Origin: Escherichia coli
GTDB taxonomy: Bacteria; Pseudomonadota; Gammaproteobacteria; Enterobacterales; Enterobacteriaceae
Reading direction: 5' to 3' (one strand)
Assembly (NCBI RefSeq): GCF_003018255.1
Contig: NZ_CP027440.1
Length of the DNA: 64,000 nucleotides
Position numbers and translations under genes: made by a program. This document shows, piece after piece, positions 33,391-44,500 of this stretch (position 1 is its first letter; each line of letters opens with the position of its first letter). A model generated the notes under the pieces. It was given only the letters and a program-made list of their open reading frames with translations, was not told the origin of the DNA and did not search any database.

Positions 33391-34206
33391 ATGACGGAAG
33401 TTAGACGGCGCGGCAGGCCAGGACAGGCGGAGCCTGTGGCACAGAAGGGTGCACAGGCGTTAGAGCGGGGAATTGCGATTCTGCAATATCTGGAAAAAAG
33501 TGGGGGAAGTTCGTCGGTTAGCGATATCTCTCTCAATCTGGATTTGCCGCTCTCCACGACCTTTCGCTTGCTGAAGGTTTTACAGGCAGCGGATTTTGTC
33601 TATCAGGACAGTCAGTTAGGCTGGTGGCATATAGGATTAGGTGTCTTTAACGTCGGTGCAGCGTACATCCATAACCGCGATGTACTCTCCGTCGCCGGGC
33701 CGTTTATGCGCCGCCTGATGTTACTTTCCGGCGAAACGGTCAATGTCGCGATCCGTAACGGCAATGAAGCGGTATTAATTGGTCAGTTAGAGTGTAAATC
33801 GATGGTCAGGATGTGTGCGCCGCTGGGCAGTCGTCTGCCGCTGCATGCTTCCGGTGCGGGCAAGGCGCTGCTTTATCCGCTGGCGGAAGAGGAGTTGATG
33901 AGCATCATTCTGCAAACCGGTTTGCAGCAGTTTACGCCAACTACGCTTGTGGATATGCCCACCTTGCTGAAGGACCTGGAACAAGCGCGTGAACTGGGCT
34001 ATACCGTAGATAAAGAAGAGCATGTTGTAGGCCTGAATTGCATAGCTTCAGCAATTTACGATGATGTAGGTAGTGTTGTTGCCGCTATCTCCATCTCCGG
34101 GCCTTCATCAAGACTGACAGAAGATCGTTTTGTCAGTCAGGGTGAGCTGGTCAGAGACACCGCCCGCGATATCAGCACGGCGTTGGGACTGAAAGCACAT
34201 CCATAG
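33391..34206 (+). CDS. allR: IclR-family repressor of allantoin/glyoxylate regulon
   Basis: 271 aa, IclR HTH plus effector domain. Confidence 0.9.
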
Positions 34207-34216
34207 TGTCTGTCGC

Positions 34217-34243
34217 ATCCCGCTCTGCGGAGCGGGTTTTTTT
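34217..34243 (+). terminator. rho-independent terminator after allR
   Basis: hairpin cccgctctgcggagcggg followed by T-run. Confidence 0.5.
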
Positions 34244-34258
34244 GACAAAATTTGAAAG

Positions 34259-34275
34259 TTGGAAAATTTTTCCAA
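34259..34275. promoter_or_regulatory. candidate AllR operator in gcl promoter
   Basis: perfect dyad ttggaaaatttttccaa just upstream of gcl. Confidence 0.55.
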
Positions 34276-34295
34276 TTAATAGAGGTAGGAATAAA

Positions 34296-36077
34296 ATGGC
34301 AAAAATGAGAGCCGTTGACGCGGCAATGTATGTGCTGGAGAAAGAAGGTATCACCACCGCCTTCGGCGTTCCGGGAGCTGCAATCAATCCGTTCTACTCA
34401 GCGATGCGTAAGCACGGCGGTATTCGTCACATTCTGGCGCGTCATGTGGAAGGTGCTTCGCACATGGCGGAAGGTTATACCCGCGCAACGGCAGGGAATA
34501 TCGGCGTATGTCTGGGGACTTCCGGTCCTGCGGGCACGGACATGATCACCGCGCTCTATTCCGCTTCTGCTGATTCCATTCCTATTCTGTGCATTACCGG
34601 CCAGGCACCGCGCGCCCGTCTGCATAAAGAAGATTTTCAGGCCGTAGATATTGAAGCAATTGCTAAACCGGTCAGCAAAATGGCGGTTACAGTTCGTGAA
34701 GCGGCGCTGGTGCCTCGCGTGCTGCAACAGGCGTTTCACCTGATGCGTTCTGGTCGTCCGGGTCCGGTACTGGTGGATTTACCGTTCGACGTTCAGGTTG
34801 CGGAAATCGAGTTTGATCCTGACATGTACGAACCGCTGCCGGTCTACAAACCTGCTGCCAGCCGTATGCAGATCGAAAAAGCGGTAGAAATGTTAATTCA
34901 GGCCGAACGTCCGGTGATTGTTGCCGGGGGCGGGGTAATCAATGCTGACGCTGCTGCACTGTTACAACAGTTTGCTGAACTGACCAGCGTTCCGGTGATC
35001 CCAACGCTGATGGGCTGGGGCTGTATCCCGGATGACCACGAACTGATGGCCGGGATGGTGGGTCTGCAAACCGCGCATCGTTACGGTAACGCAACGTTGC
35101 TGGCGTCCGACATGGTGTTTGGTATCGGTAACCGTTTTGCGAACCGTCATACCGGTTCGGTAGAGAAATACACCGAAGGGCGCAAAATCGTTCATATCGA
35201 TATTGAGCCGACGCAAATTGGCCGCGTGCTGTGTCCGGATCTCGGCATTGTCTCTGATGCTAAAGCGGCGCTGACACTGCTGGTTGAAGTGGCGCAGGAG
35301 ATGCAAAAAGCGGGTCGTCTGCCGTGTCGTAAAGAATGGGTCGCCGACTGCCAGCAGCGCAAACGCACTTTGCTGCGCAAAACCCACTTCGACAATGTGC
35401 CGGTGAAACCGCAGCGCGTGTATGAAGAGATGAACAAAGCCTTTGGTCGCGATGTTTGTTATGTCACCACCATTGGTCTGTCACAAATCGCTGCGGCACA
35501 AATGCTGCATGTCTTTAAAGACCGCCACTGGATCAACTGTGGGCAGGCAGGCCCGTTGGGCTGGACCATTCCGGCGGCGCTGGGCGTGTGTGCCGCTGAT
35601 CCAGAGCGCAATGTGGTGGCGATTTCCGGTGACTTCGACTTCCAGTTCCTGATTGAAGAATTAGCCGTTGGCGCACAGTTCAACATTCCGTACATCCATG
35701 TACTGGTCAATAACGCCTATCTGGGGCTGATTCGCCAGTCGCAGCGCGCGTTTGATATGGATTACTGCGTACAGCTCGCGTTCGAAAATATTAACTCCAG
35801 TGAAGTGAACGGTTACGGCGTCGACCACGTAAAAGTAGCGGAAGGTTTAGGTTGTAAAGCGATTCGCGTTTTCAAACCGGAAGATATTGCACCAGCCTTT
35901 GAACAGGCGAAAGCCTTAATGGCGCAATATCGGGTACCGGTAGTCGTGGAAGTTATTCTCGAGCGTGTGACCAATATTTCGATGGGCAGCGAACTGGATA
36001 ACGTCATGGAATTTGAAGATATCGCCGATAACGCAGTGGACGCACCGACTGAAACCTGCTTCATGCACTATGAATAA
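34296..36077 (+). CDS. gcl: glyoxylate carboligase (ThDP enzyme)
   Basis: start moved to [18 protein letters not shown] giving 593 aa. Confidence 0.95.
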   Translation: MAKMRAVDAAMYVLEKEGITTAFGVPGAAINPFYSAMRKHGGIRHILARHVEGASHMAEGYTRATAGNIGVCLGTSGPAGTDMITALYSASADSIPILCITGQAPRARLHKEDFQAVDIEAIAKPVSKMAVTVREAALVPRVLQQAFHLMRSGRPGPVLVDLPFDVQVAEIEFDPDMYEPLPVYKPAASRMQIEKAVEMLIQAERPVIVAGGGVINADAAALLQQFAELTSVPVIPTLMGWGCIPDDHELMAGMVGLQTAHRYGNATLLASDMVFGIGNRFANRHTGSVEKYTEGRKIVHIDIEPTQIGRVLCPDLGIVSDAKAALTLLVEVAQEMQKAGRLPCRKEWVADCQQRKRTLLRKTHFDNVPVKPQRVYEEMNKAFGRDVCYVTTIGLSQIAAAQMLHVFKDRHWINCGQAGPLGWTIPAALGVCAADPERNVVAISGDFDFQFLIEELAVGAQFNIPYIHVLVNNAYLGLIRQSQRAFDMDYCVQLAFENINSSEVNGYGVDHVKVAEGLGCKAIRVFKPEDIAPAFEQAKALMAQYRVPVVVEVILERVTNISMGSELDNVMEFEDIADNAVDAPTETCFMHYE

Positions 36078-36089
36078 GGGAGATAAATA

Positions 36090-36866
36090 ATGTTACGTTT
36101 CTCTGCTAATTTATCGATGTTATTTGGTGAATATGATTTTCTCGCCCGTTTTGAGAAAGCTGCGCAGTGTGGTTTTCGCGGCGTTGAATTTATGTTCCCT
36201 TATGACTATGACATTGAAGAATTAAAACAGGTGCTGGCGAGTAATAAACTCGAACATACGTTGCACAATTTACCGGCAGGTGACTGGGCGGCGGGCGAGC
36301 GGGGTATTGCTTGTATTCCTGGTCGTGAAGAAGAGTTTCGGGATGGCGTAGCAGCAGCGATTCGTTATGCTCGTGCGCTGGGTAATAAAAAAATTAACTG
36401 TCTGGTTGGTAAAACGCCGGCTGGTTTCAGCAGTGAACAGATTCACACAACGCTTGTAGAAAACCTGCGTTATGCCGCGAATATGCTGATGAAAGAAGAT
36501 ATTTTATTACTGATTGAACCTATCAACCATTTTGATATTCCTGGTTTCCATCTCACCGGAACTCGCCAGGCACTGAAACTGATTGACGATGTTGGTTGCT
36601 GCAATTTGAAAATTCAGTATGACATTTATCACATGCAGCGGATGGAAGGTGAATTAACTAATACCATGACTCAGTGGGCCGATAAAATTGGTCACCTGCA
36701 AATTGCTGATAATCCGCATCGCGGCGAACCGGGAACCGGAGAAATTAATTATGATTATCTCTTTACGGTAATCGAAAATTCTGACTACAACGGTTGGGTT
36801 GGGTGTGAATATAAACCCCAAACCACCACGGAAGCCGGTTTACGCTGGATGGATCCGTACCGTTAA
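36090..36866 (+). CDS. hyi: hydroxypyruvate isomerase
   Basis: 258 aa TIM-barrel isomerase-like ORF. Confidence 0.9.
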   Translation: MLRFSANLSMLFGEYDFLARFEKAAQCGFRGVEFMFPYDYDIEELKQVLASNKLEHTLHNLPAGDWAAGERGIACIPGREEEFRDGVAAAIRYARALGNKKINCLVGKTPAGFSSEQIHTTLVENLRYAANMLMKEDILLLIEPINHFDIPGFHLTGTRQALKLIDDVGCCNLKIQYDIYHMQRMEGELTNTMTQWADKIGHLQIADNPHRGEPGTGEINYDYLFTVIENSDYNGWVGCEYKPQTTTEAGLRWMDPYR

Positions 36867-36965
36867 AACGTAACGCTATTCAGACAATGCTTTTTTAGGC
36901 CGCTAAGTTGGCAGGGGATCGTGTTGTCTGAATTCAGGAAAAGCGAAATTTAAAAGAGGTTAATT

Positions 36966-37844
36966 ATGAAACTGGGATTTATTGGCTTAGGCATTATGGG
37001 TACACCGATGGCCATTAATCTGGCGCGAGCCGGTCATCAACTGCATGTCACAACCATTGGTCCGGTTGCTGATGAATTACTGTCACTGGGTGCCGTCAGT
37101 GTTGAAACTGCGCGCCAGGTAACGGAAGCAGCGGACATCATTTTTATTATGGTGCCGGACACACCACAGGTTGAAGAAGTTCTGTTTGGTGAAAATGGTT
37201 GTACCAAAGCCTCGCTGAAGGGCAAAACCATTGTTGATATGAGCTCCATTTCCCCGATTGAAACTAAGCGTTTCGCTCGTCAGGTGAATGAACTGGGCGG
37301 CGATTATCTCGATGCGCCAGTCTCCGGCGGTGAAATCGGCGCGCGTGAAGGGACGTTGTCGATTATGGTTGGCGGTGACGAAGCGGTATTTGAACGTGTT
37401 AAACCGCTGTTTGAACTGCTCGGTAAAAATATCACCCTCGTGGGCGGTAACGGCGACGGTCAAACCTGCAAAGTGGCAAATCAGATTATCGTGGCGCTCA
37501 ATATTGAAGCGGTTTCTGAAGCCCTGCTGTTTGCTTCAAAAGCCGGTGCAGATCCGGTACGTGTGCGCCAGGCGCTGATGGGCGGCTTTGCTTCCTCACG
37601 TATTCTGGAAGTTCACGGTGAGCGCATGATTAAACGCACCTTTAATCCAGGTTTTAAAATTGCGCTGCACCAGAAAGATCTCAACCTGGCACTGCAAAGT
37701 GCGAAAGCACTGGCGCTGAACCTGCCAAACACCGCGACCTGCCAGGAATTGTTTAATACCTGTGCGGCAAACGGTGGCAGCCAGTTGGATCACTCTGCGT
37801 TAGTGCAGGCGCTGGAATTAATGGCTAACCATAAACTGGCCTGA
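36966..37844 (+). CDS. glxR: tartronate semialdehyde reductase
   Basis: 292 aa, NAD-binding GFIGLGIMG. Confidence 0.9.
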   Translation: MKLGFIGLGIMGTPMAINLARAGHQLHVTTIGPVADELLSLGAVSVETARQVTEAADIIFIMVPDTPQVEEVLFGENGCTKASLKGKTIVDMSSISPIETKRFARQVNELGGDYLDAPVSGGEIGAREGTLSIMVGGDEAVFERVKPLFELLGKNITLVGGNGDGQTCKVANQIIVALNIEAVSEALLFASKAGADPVRVRQALMGGFASSRILEVHGERMIKRTFNPGFKIALHQKDLNLALQSAKALALNLPNTATCQELFNTCAANGGSQLDHSALVQALELMANHKLA

Positions 37845-38013
37845 TACCCGCAATAAAAATGGCCGATATCAGAAAATGAATCGGCCAGCAATATTAAAAA
37901 AAGAAAGCAGCCAAAGATGTTGCTTCAGTATTAAAAATAATATTTTTATTTTATTTGTTCCTCATAGCTAGATTAAAAAGACGTTATTCGATACGTGAAA
38001 TTAAGAGGGATTT

Positions 38014-39468
38014 ATGGAACATCAGAGAAAACTATTCCAGCAACGCGGCTATAGCGAAGATCTATTGCCAAAAACGCAAAGCCAGCGGACCTGGAAAACA
38101 TTTAACTATTTTACCTTATGGATGGGTTCGGTTCATAACGTTCCCAATTATGTGATGGTCGGCGGCTTTTTTATTCTCGGCTTGTCTACCTTTAGTATTA
38201 TGCTGGCAATTATCCTCAGCGCCTTTTTCATTGCCGCGGTAATGGTATTAAACGGTGCTGCGGGCAGTAAATACGGTGTGCCTTTTGCCATGATCCTGCG
38301 TGCTTCTTACGGCGTACGTGGTGCACTGTTTCCCGGATTATTAAGAGGCGGGATTGCTGCCATTATGTGGTTTGGCCTGCAATGTTACGCTGGATCGCTG
38401 GCCTGCTTGATCCTGATTGGCAAAATCTGGCCGGGATTTTTAACTCTCGGTGGTGATTTCACGCTGTTAGGCCTTTCTCTACCGGGCTTAATTACTTTCT
38501 TACTCTTCTGGCTGGTCAACGTTGGTATTGGTTTTGGCGGTGGCAAAGTTTTAAATAAATTCACTGCCATTCTTAACCCGTGCATCTATATCGTTTTCGG
38601 CGGTATGGCGATTTGGGCGATTTCGCTGGTCGGGCTCGGTCCAATCTTTGACTACATTCCGAGCGGTATTCAGAAAGCAGAAAACAGTGGCTTCCTGTTC
38701 CTGGTGGTGATTAACGCGGTAGTTGCGGTCTGGGCGGCACCGGCGGTGAGCGCATCCGACTTTACGCAAAACGCCCACTCGTTTCGTGAGCAAGCGCTGG
38801 GGCAAACGCTGGGTTTAGTTGTGGCCTATATTCTGTTTGCGGTCGCCGGGGTATGTATTATTGCCGGAGCCAGTATTCACTACGGCGCTGATACCTGGAA
38901 CGTGCTGGATATTGTTCAGCGTTGGGACAGCCTGTTCGCCTCGTTCTTTGCGGTACTGGTTATTCTGATGACAACTATCTCCACTAACGCCACCGGTAAT
39001 ATTATTCCGGCCGGTTATCAGATTGCCGCTATTGCACCGACGAAACTGACCTATAAAAACGGCGTACTGATTGCCAGTATTATCAGCCTGCTGATCTGCC
39101 CGTGGAAATTAATGGAAAATCAGGACAGTATTTATCTGTTCCTCGATATTATCGGCGGGATGCTGGGTCCGGTAATTGGTGTCATGATGGCGCATTATTT
39201 TGTGGTGATGCGTGGGCAAATTAATCTTGATGAACTGTACACCGCACCTGGCGATTATAAATATTACGATAACGGTTTTAACCTCACTGCGTTTTCAGTA
39301 ACTCTGGTGGCCGTTATTTTATCTCTTGGCGGTAAGTTTATTTCCTTTATGGAACCGTTATCTCGTGTTTCATGGTTTGTCGGCGTCATCGTCGCCTTTG
39401 CGGCCTACGCCTTATTAAAGAAACGTACTACAGCAGAAAAAACAGGAGAACAAAAAGTCACAGGTTAA
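38014..39468 (+). CDS. ybbW: NCS1-family allantoin permease
   Basis: 484 aa polytopic transporter. Confidence 0.9.
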   Translation: MEHQRKLFQQRGYSEDLLPKTQSQRTWKTFNYFTLWMGSVHNVPNYVMVGGFFILGLSTFSIMLAIILSAFFIAAVMVLNGAAGSKYGVPFAMILRASYGVRGALFPGLLRGGIAAIMWFGLQCYAGSLACLILIGKIWPGFLTLGGDFTLLGLSLPGLITFLLFWLVNVGIGFGGGKVLNKFTAILNPCIYIVFGGMAIWAISLVGLGPIFDYIPSGIQKAENSGFLFLVVINAVVAVWAAPAVSASDFTQNAHSFREQALGQTLGLVVAYILFAVAGVCIIAGASIHYGADTWNVLDIVQRWDSLFASFFAVLVILMTTISTNATGNIIPAGYQIAAIAPTKLTYKNGVLIASIISLLICPWKLMENQDSIYLFLDIIGGMLGPVIGVMMAHYFVVMRGQINLDELYTAPGDYKYYDNGFNLTAFSVTLVAVILSLGGKFISFMEPLSRVSWFVGVIVAFAAYALLKKRTTAEKTGEQKVTG

Positions 39469-39528
39469 TTAATCCCGATATTGAACATTGAGTTAAAAAA
39501 CCAATCTGTATTTTACAAGGAGTTTGTT

Positions 39529-40890
39529 ATGTCTTTTGATTTAATCATTAAAAACGGCACTGTTATTTTAGAAAACGAAGCTCGCGTTGTAGATATCGCC
39601 GTTAAAGGCGGAAAAATTGCTGCTATCGGTCAGGATCTGGGCGATGCAAAAGAAGTTATGGATGCGTCTGGTCTGGTGGTTTCGCCAGGCATGGTTGATG
39701 CGCACATCCATATTTCTGAACCGGGTCGTAGCCACTGGGAAGGTTATGAAACTGGTACTCGCGCAGCGGCAAAAGGTGGTATCACCACCATGATCGAAAT
39801 GCCGCTCAACCAGCTGCCTGCAACGGTTGACCGCGCATCGATTGAACTGAAGTTTGATGCCGCCAAAGGCAAGCTGACTATCGATGCGGCGCAACTCGGT
39901 GGCCTGGTGTCTTACAACATCGACCGTCTGCATGAGCTGGATGAAGTGGGCGTTGTCGGCTTCAAATGCTTCGTTGCGACCTGTGGCGATCGCGGTATCG
40001 ACAACGACTTCCGTGACGTCAATGACTGGCAGTTCTTCAAAGGTGCGCAGAAGCTGGGCGAACTGGGTCAGCCGGTGCTGGTGCACTGCGAAAACGCGCT
40101 GATCTGTGACGAACTGGGCGAAGAAGCGAAGCGTGAAGGTCGCGTAACCGCTCATGACTATGTGGCTTCGCGTCCGGTATTTACCGAAGTGGAAGCGATT
40201 CGCCGCGTGCTGTACCTGGCGAAAGTTGCCGGTTGCCGTCTGCACGTTTGCCATATCAGCAGCCCGGAAGGCGTTGAGGAAGTGACTCGTGCACGTCAGG
40301 AAGGTCAGGACGTTACTTGTGAATCCTGCCCGCATTACTTGGTACTGGATACCGATCAGTTCGAAGAAATCGGTACTCTGGCGAAGTGTTCACCGCCGAT
40401 CCGCGATCTGGAAAACCAGAAAGGCATGTGGGAAAAACTGTTTAACGGTGAAATAGACTGCCTGGTTTCCGACCACTCTCCATGCCCGCCGGAAATGAAA
40501 GCCGGTAACATCATGAAAGCGTGGGGCGGTATCGCTGGTCTGCAAAGCTGCATGGACGTGATGTTCGATGAAGCGGTACAGAAACGCGGAATGTCTCTGC
40601 CAATGTTCGGCAAATTAATGGCGACTAACGCAGCAGATATTTTCGGTCTGCAGCAAAAAGGCCGTATCGCCCCAGGAAAAGATGCCGACTTCGTCTTCAT
40701 TCAGCCGAATAGCAGCTATGTTCTTACCAATGACGATCTGGAATATCGCCACAAAGTCAGCCCGTATGTTGGCCGTACTATTGGCGCGCGTATCACGAAA
40801 ACCATCTTACGTGGTGATGTGATTTACGATATCGAACAGGGCTTCCCTGTTGCGCCGAAAGGTCAATTTATCCTTAAACATCAGCAGTAA
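39529..40890 (+). CDS. allB: allantoinase
   Basis: amidohydrolase motif DAHIH; start moved to [10 protein letters not shown] giving 453 aa. Confidence 0.9.
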   Translation: MSFDLIIKNGTVILENEARVVDIAVKGGKIAAIGQDLGDAKEVMDASGLVVSPGMVDAHIHISEPGRSHWEGYETGTRAAAKGGITTMIEMPLNQLPATVDRASIELKFDAAKGKLTIDAAQLGGLVSYNIDRLHELDEVGVVGFKCFVATCGDRGIDNDFRDVNDWQFFKGAQKLGELGQPVLVHCENALICDELGEEAKREGRVTAHDYVASRPVFTEVEAIRRVLYLAKVAGCRLHVCHISSPEGVEEVTRARQEGQDVTCESCPHYLVLDTDQFEEIGTLAKCSPPIRDLENQKGMWEKLFNGEIDCLVSDHSPCPPEMKAGNIMKAWGGIAGLQSCMDVMFDEAVQKRGMSLPMFGKLMATNAADIFGLQQKGRIAPGKDADFVFIQPNSSYVLTNDDLEYRHKVSPYVGRTIGARITKTILRGDVIYDIEQGFPVAPKGQFILKHQQ

Positions 40891-40939
40891 TCTGGCCCTG
40901 CAATGCCCGTCCTTGTGGCGGGCATTCTCCGGTTAAGGT

Positions 40940-42247
40940 GTGTTTATGTTCAATTTTGCAGTGGGCCGCGAAAGCCTGTTATCAGGATTTCAGTGGTTTT
41001 TCTTTATTTTTTGCAACACGGTTGTGGTTCCTCCTACGCTACTTTCTGCTTTTCAGTTGCCGCAAAGTAGCCTGCTTACGCTCACGCAATATGCTTTTCT
41101 TGCTACCGTACTGGCCTGCTTCGCTCAGGCGTTCTGCGGTCATCGTCGCGCTATTATGGAGGGGCCGGGCGGCCTGTGGTGGGGAACCATCCTGACTATC
41201 ACCCTTGGCGAAGCATCGCGCGGGACACCGATCAACGATATCGCTACCAGTCTGGCGGTGGGGATTGCGCTCTCCGGCGTGCTGACGATGTTGATTGGTT
41301 TTAGCGGATTAGGCCATCGCCTGGCACGGTTATTTACGCCGTCGGTGATGGTCTTGTTTATGTTGATGCTGGGTGCGCAACTGACCACTATCTTTTTCAA
41401 AGGTATGCTCGGGCTGCCGTTTGGCATAGCCGACCCGAATTTTAAAATTCAATTACCGCCGTTCGCGCTCTCGGTGGCGGTGATGTGCCTGGTACTGGCG
41501 ATGATTATTTTCCTGCCACAACGTTTTGCCCGTTACGGCCTGCTGGTCGGTACGATAACCGGCTGGTTGTTGTGGTACTTTTGCTTTCCTTCTTCGCATT
41601 CGCTCTCCGGTGAGTTGCACTGGCAGTGGTTCCCGCTCGGCAGTGGCGGTGCTTTGTCGCCGGGGATTATTCTGACGGCGGTGATTACAGGTCTGGTAAA
41701 TATCAGCAATACCTACGGTGCGATTCGGGGCACGGATGTTTTTTATCCGCAGCAGGGCGCGGGGAATACGCGTTATCGTCGCAGCTTTGTGGCGACCGGA
41801 TTTATGACACTGATAACCGTGCCGCTGGCAGTAATTCCATTTTCACCGTTTGTTTCATCCATTGGTTTATTAACCCAGACAGGCGATTACACGCGGCGTT
41901 CGTTTATTTATGGCAGCGTTATTTGCCTGCTGGTGGCACTGGTTCCGGCACTCACGCGACTGTTTTGCAGTATCCCTTTACCCGTGAGTAGTGCAGTCAT
42001 GCTGGTTTCTTATCTGCCTTTACTCTTTTCCGCGCTGGTGTTTAGCCAGCAAATAACCTTTACCGCTCGCAATATTTATCGACTCGCATTGCCGTTATTT
42101 GTCGGCATATTTTTAATGGCATTACCGCCTGTGTATCTGCAAGACCTTCCATTAACGCTGCGTCCTCTGCTCAGTAACGGCTTACTGGTCGGGATTTTAC
42201 TGGCTGTTCTTATGGATAATCTTATTCCGTGGGAACGCATCGAATAA
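40940..42247 (+). CDS. ybbY: NCS2-family purine permease
   Basis: 435 aa polytopic membrane protein. Confidence 0.85.
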   Translation: MFMFNFAVGRESLLSGFQWFFFIFCNTVVVPPTLLSAFQLPQSSLLTLTQYAFLATVLACFAQAFCGHRRAIMEGPGGLWWGTILTITLGEASRGTPINDIATSLAVGIALSGVLTMLIGFSGLGHRLARLFTPSVMVLFMLMLGAQLTTIFFKGMLGLPFGIADPNFKIQLPPFALSVAVMCLVLAMIIFLPQRFARYGLLVGTITGWLLWYFCFPSSHSLSGELHWQWFPLGSGGALSPGIILTAVITGLVNISNTYGAIRGTDVFYPQQGAGNTRYRRSFVATGFMTLITVPLAVIPFSPFVSSIGLLTQTGDYTRRSFIYGSVICLLVALVPALTRLFCSIPLPVSSAVMLVSYLPLLFSALVFSQQITFTARNIYRLALPLFVGIFLMALPPVYLQDLPLTLRPLLSNGLLVGILLAVLMDNLIPWERIE

Positions 42248-42268
42248 TTTGTTGAAAAAGGATTGATA

Positions 42269-43414
42269 ATGAAAATTGTCATTGCGCCAGACTCGTTTAA
42301 AGAGAGTTTAAGTGCAGAAAAATGTTGTCAGGCAATTAAAGCCGGGTTTTCGACCATATTTCCCGATGCGCACTATATCTGTTTGCCGATAGCGGATGGC
42401 GGCGAAGGGACGGTGGATGCGATGGTCGCCGCGACGGGCGGCAACATCGTGACGCTTGAAGTCTGCGGGCCGATGGGCGAAACAGTGAATGCTTTTTATG
42501 GCCTTACCGGCGACGGGAAAACGGCGGTGATTGAGATGGCGGCGGCAAGCGGCCTGATGCTGGTCGCGCCTGAAAAGCGTAATCCGTTGCTGGCGTCAAG
42601 TTTTGGCACCGGAGAGCTGATTCGTCATGCGCTGGATAACGGCATTCGCCATATTATTCTCGGCATTGGCGGCAGTGCGACGGTCGACGGCGGTATGGGC
42701 ATGGCGCAGGCGCTCGGTGTGCGTTTCCTTGATGCTGACGGTCAGGTGCTGGCGGCTAACGGCGGCAATTTAGCGCGCGTGGCAAGCATTGAGATGGATG
42801 AATTCGATCCGCGTCTGGCGAACTGCCATATTGAAGTCGCATGTGATGTTGATAACCCGCTGGTAGGGGCACGCGGCGCGGCGGCGGTGTTTGGTCCGCA
42901 AAAAGGGGCAACGCCGGAAATGGTCGAAGAACTGGAACAGGGGCTGCAAAATTACGCCCGTGTTTTACAACAGCAAACTGAAATCAACGTCTGCCAGATG
43001 GCGGGCGGCGGCGCTGCGGGCGGTATGGGCATTGCGGCGGCGGTATTCCTCAATGCGGATATTAAACCGGGTATTGAGATTGTGTTGAATGCGGTCAATC
43101 TGGCGCAGGCGGTGCAGGGTGCAGCACTGGTGATCACCGGGGAAGGGCGCATCGACTCGCAAACGGCAGGCGGTAAAGCTCCGCTGGGCGTGGCGTCGGT
43201 GGCGAAGCAGTTTAATGTCCCGGTGATTGGGATTGCTGGCGTATTGGGTGATGGCGTGGAAGTGGTGCACCAGTACGGCATTGATGCGGTATTCAGCATT
43301 TTGCCACGTCTGGCACCTTTAGCCGAAGTGCTCGCCAGCGGTGAAACCAATCTCTTCAACAGTGCGCGAAATATTGCCTGCGCCATTAAAATAGGTCAGG
43401 GAATTAAAAACTGA
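42269..43414 (+). CDS. glxK: glycerate kinase II
   Basis: start moved to [11 protein letters not shown] giving 381 aa. Confidence 0.9.
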   Translation: MKIVIAPDSFKESLSAEKCCQAIKAGFSTIFPDAHYICLPIADGGEGTVDAMVAATGGNIVTLEVCGPMGETVNAFYGLTGDGKTAVIEMAAASGLMLVAPEKRNPLLASSFGTGELIRHALDNGIRHIILGIGGSATVDGGMGMAQALGVRFLDADGQVLAANGGNLARVASIEMDEFDPRLANCHIEVACDVDNPLVGARGAAAVFGPQKGATPEMVEELEQGLQNYARVLQQQTEINVCQMAGGGAAGGMGIAAAVFLNADIKPGIEIVLNAVNLAQAVQGAALVITGEGRIDSQTAGGKAPLGVASVAKQFNVPVIGIAGVLGDGVEVVHQYGIDAVFSILPRLAPLAEVLASGETNLFNSARNIACAIKIGQGIKN

Positions 43415-43429
43415 CTATTACCTTTAAAG

Positions 43430-43458
43430 CGGATGCGATTTATATCGCATCTTTTTTT
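43430..43458 (+). terminator. rho-independent terminator after glxK
   Basis: hairpin gatgcgat..atcgcatc then T7 run. Confidence 0.55.
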
Positions 43459-43473
43459 ACCTGAATTGACTAC

Positions 43474-43500
43474 AAAAAAAGCCACGGAATAAACCGTGGC
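43474..43500 (-). terminator. rho-independent terminator after allE
   Basis: hairpin gccacgg..ccgtggc with U-run on minus strand. Confidence 0.55.
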
Positions 43501-43542
43501 AAAATCCAACATAGCTAAAAATAATCAGGCGAGTGGTATGAC

Positions 43543-44326
43543 TTAAATCTCTACGTCGCGGTTGCAATCTTTCGAGTAAATATAGCTGAACGCTTCACCA
43601 CGCCCTACGCCATAACCAGCCTGTAAAGAATAAGCGCCCATAAAGATGTAATCGCCTTTTTTCACCGGGATCCAGTTATTGTCGAGGTTATAAACCCCCT
43701 GACCGGAAAGAATATAGGCACCGTGTTCCTGAACGTGGGTTTCGATATAACCGTGGCTGGCACCTGGTGCAAAAGAGAGGATATGCATGTTCATATCAAA
43801 ACCTAACTCTTTGGGCAGAAAATCCAGCAGAATAACATCGTCCATGCCTTCATAATGAATGCGTTCCAGTTCGCTGGCATTGCCAGAAACCAGCCACGGC
43901 GCATGACCTTCTACCGGAATATAGCGACGCTTATATAAAAAGATTTGGCTGTCTTCGGCCTGGGCGTTAACAAACGTCATTAAGGAGCCTGGCGGGCAAT
44001 AAAGATAGCCACCTTCACTTAAGGTAAATGTTTTCCCTTCGGCTTTGGCAGTGATATTTCCAGAGATCACATACAGGAACGTTTCAATGCCTTCGCCACC
44101 GAAGCCCTGTTGGTTGCCGCCGTTTTGATGCAGTGTGACCAGATAATCAACAAAAGAGGCACCCAGCTTTGGCGTGGAGAGGATTGTCGCGTCACAATTT
44201 TCAAAGCCCGGAATAATATTTTTTACCAGACCGTCTGGTGTTAACAGTGCGAAATTACCGTGTTTCACAATCGCACGGTTAGCCAGTAAATCTTCGCGGT
44301 AACCGGTGACGTTATTTAAATATCCC
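43543..44326 (-). pseudogene. allE: S-ureidoglycine aminohydrolase gene separated from its start codon/RBS by island insertion
   Basis: cupin ORF; in-frame upstream codons ..KGYLNNVTGYREDLLANRAIVKHG.. preceded by a stop and no ATG; matching GGAG-N8-ATGGGATAT found 14 kb away at 58513-58530. Confidence 0.75.
44320..44326. repeat. attL core (ATATCCC)
   Basis: identical 7-mer at 58513-58519; outer flanks reconstitute intact allC-allE junction. Confidence 0.6.
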
Positions 44327-44453
44327 TTTTATCAAATAGTGTTTTTTGCTGTTTCATAATGTTTCAGGTCGTTCATTATGTTTTTGATTATCAACGGATT
44401 TGCCATTTTTCTTGTTTCAGCTTGTTTCACGTTGTAGCGCTTTGTGCAACGAT

Positions 44454-44479
44454 CGGTGTAGTTAATGGTGTAGTCAATT
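44454..44479 (+). repeat. 26-bp direct repeat cggtgtagttaatggtgtagtcaatt, left copy (candidate Int arm-type site)
   Basis: perfect copy at 58414-58439; flanked by TGTTTCA-like motif clusters. Confidence 0.55.
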
Positions 44480-44500
44480 GTGATGACCGGAATCAAAATT

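Noticed and set aside
37955-38155. 66-aa ORF overlapping the ybbW start
   Set aside because: Overlaps the ybbW promoter and 5' end in another frame; AT-rich leader artefact.
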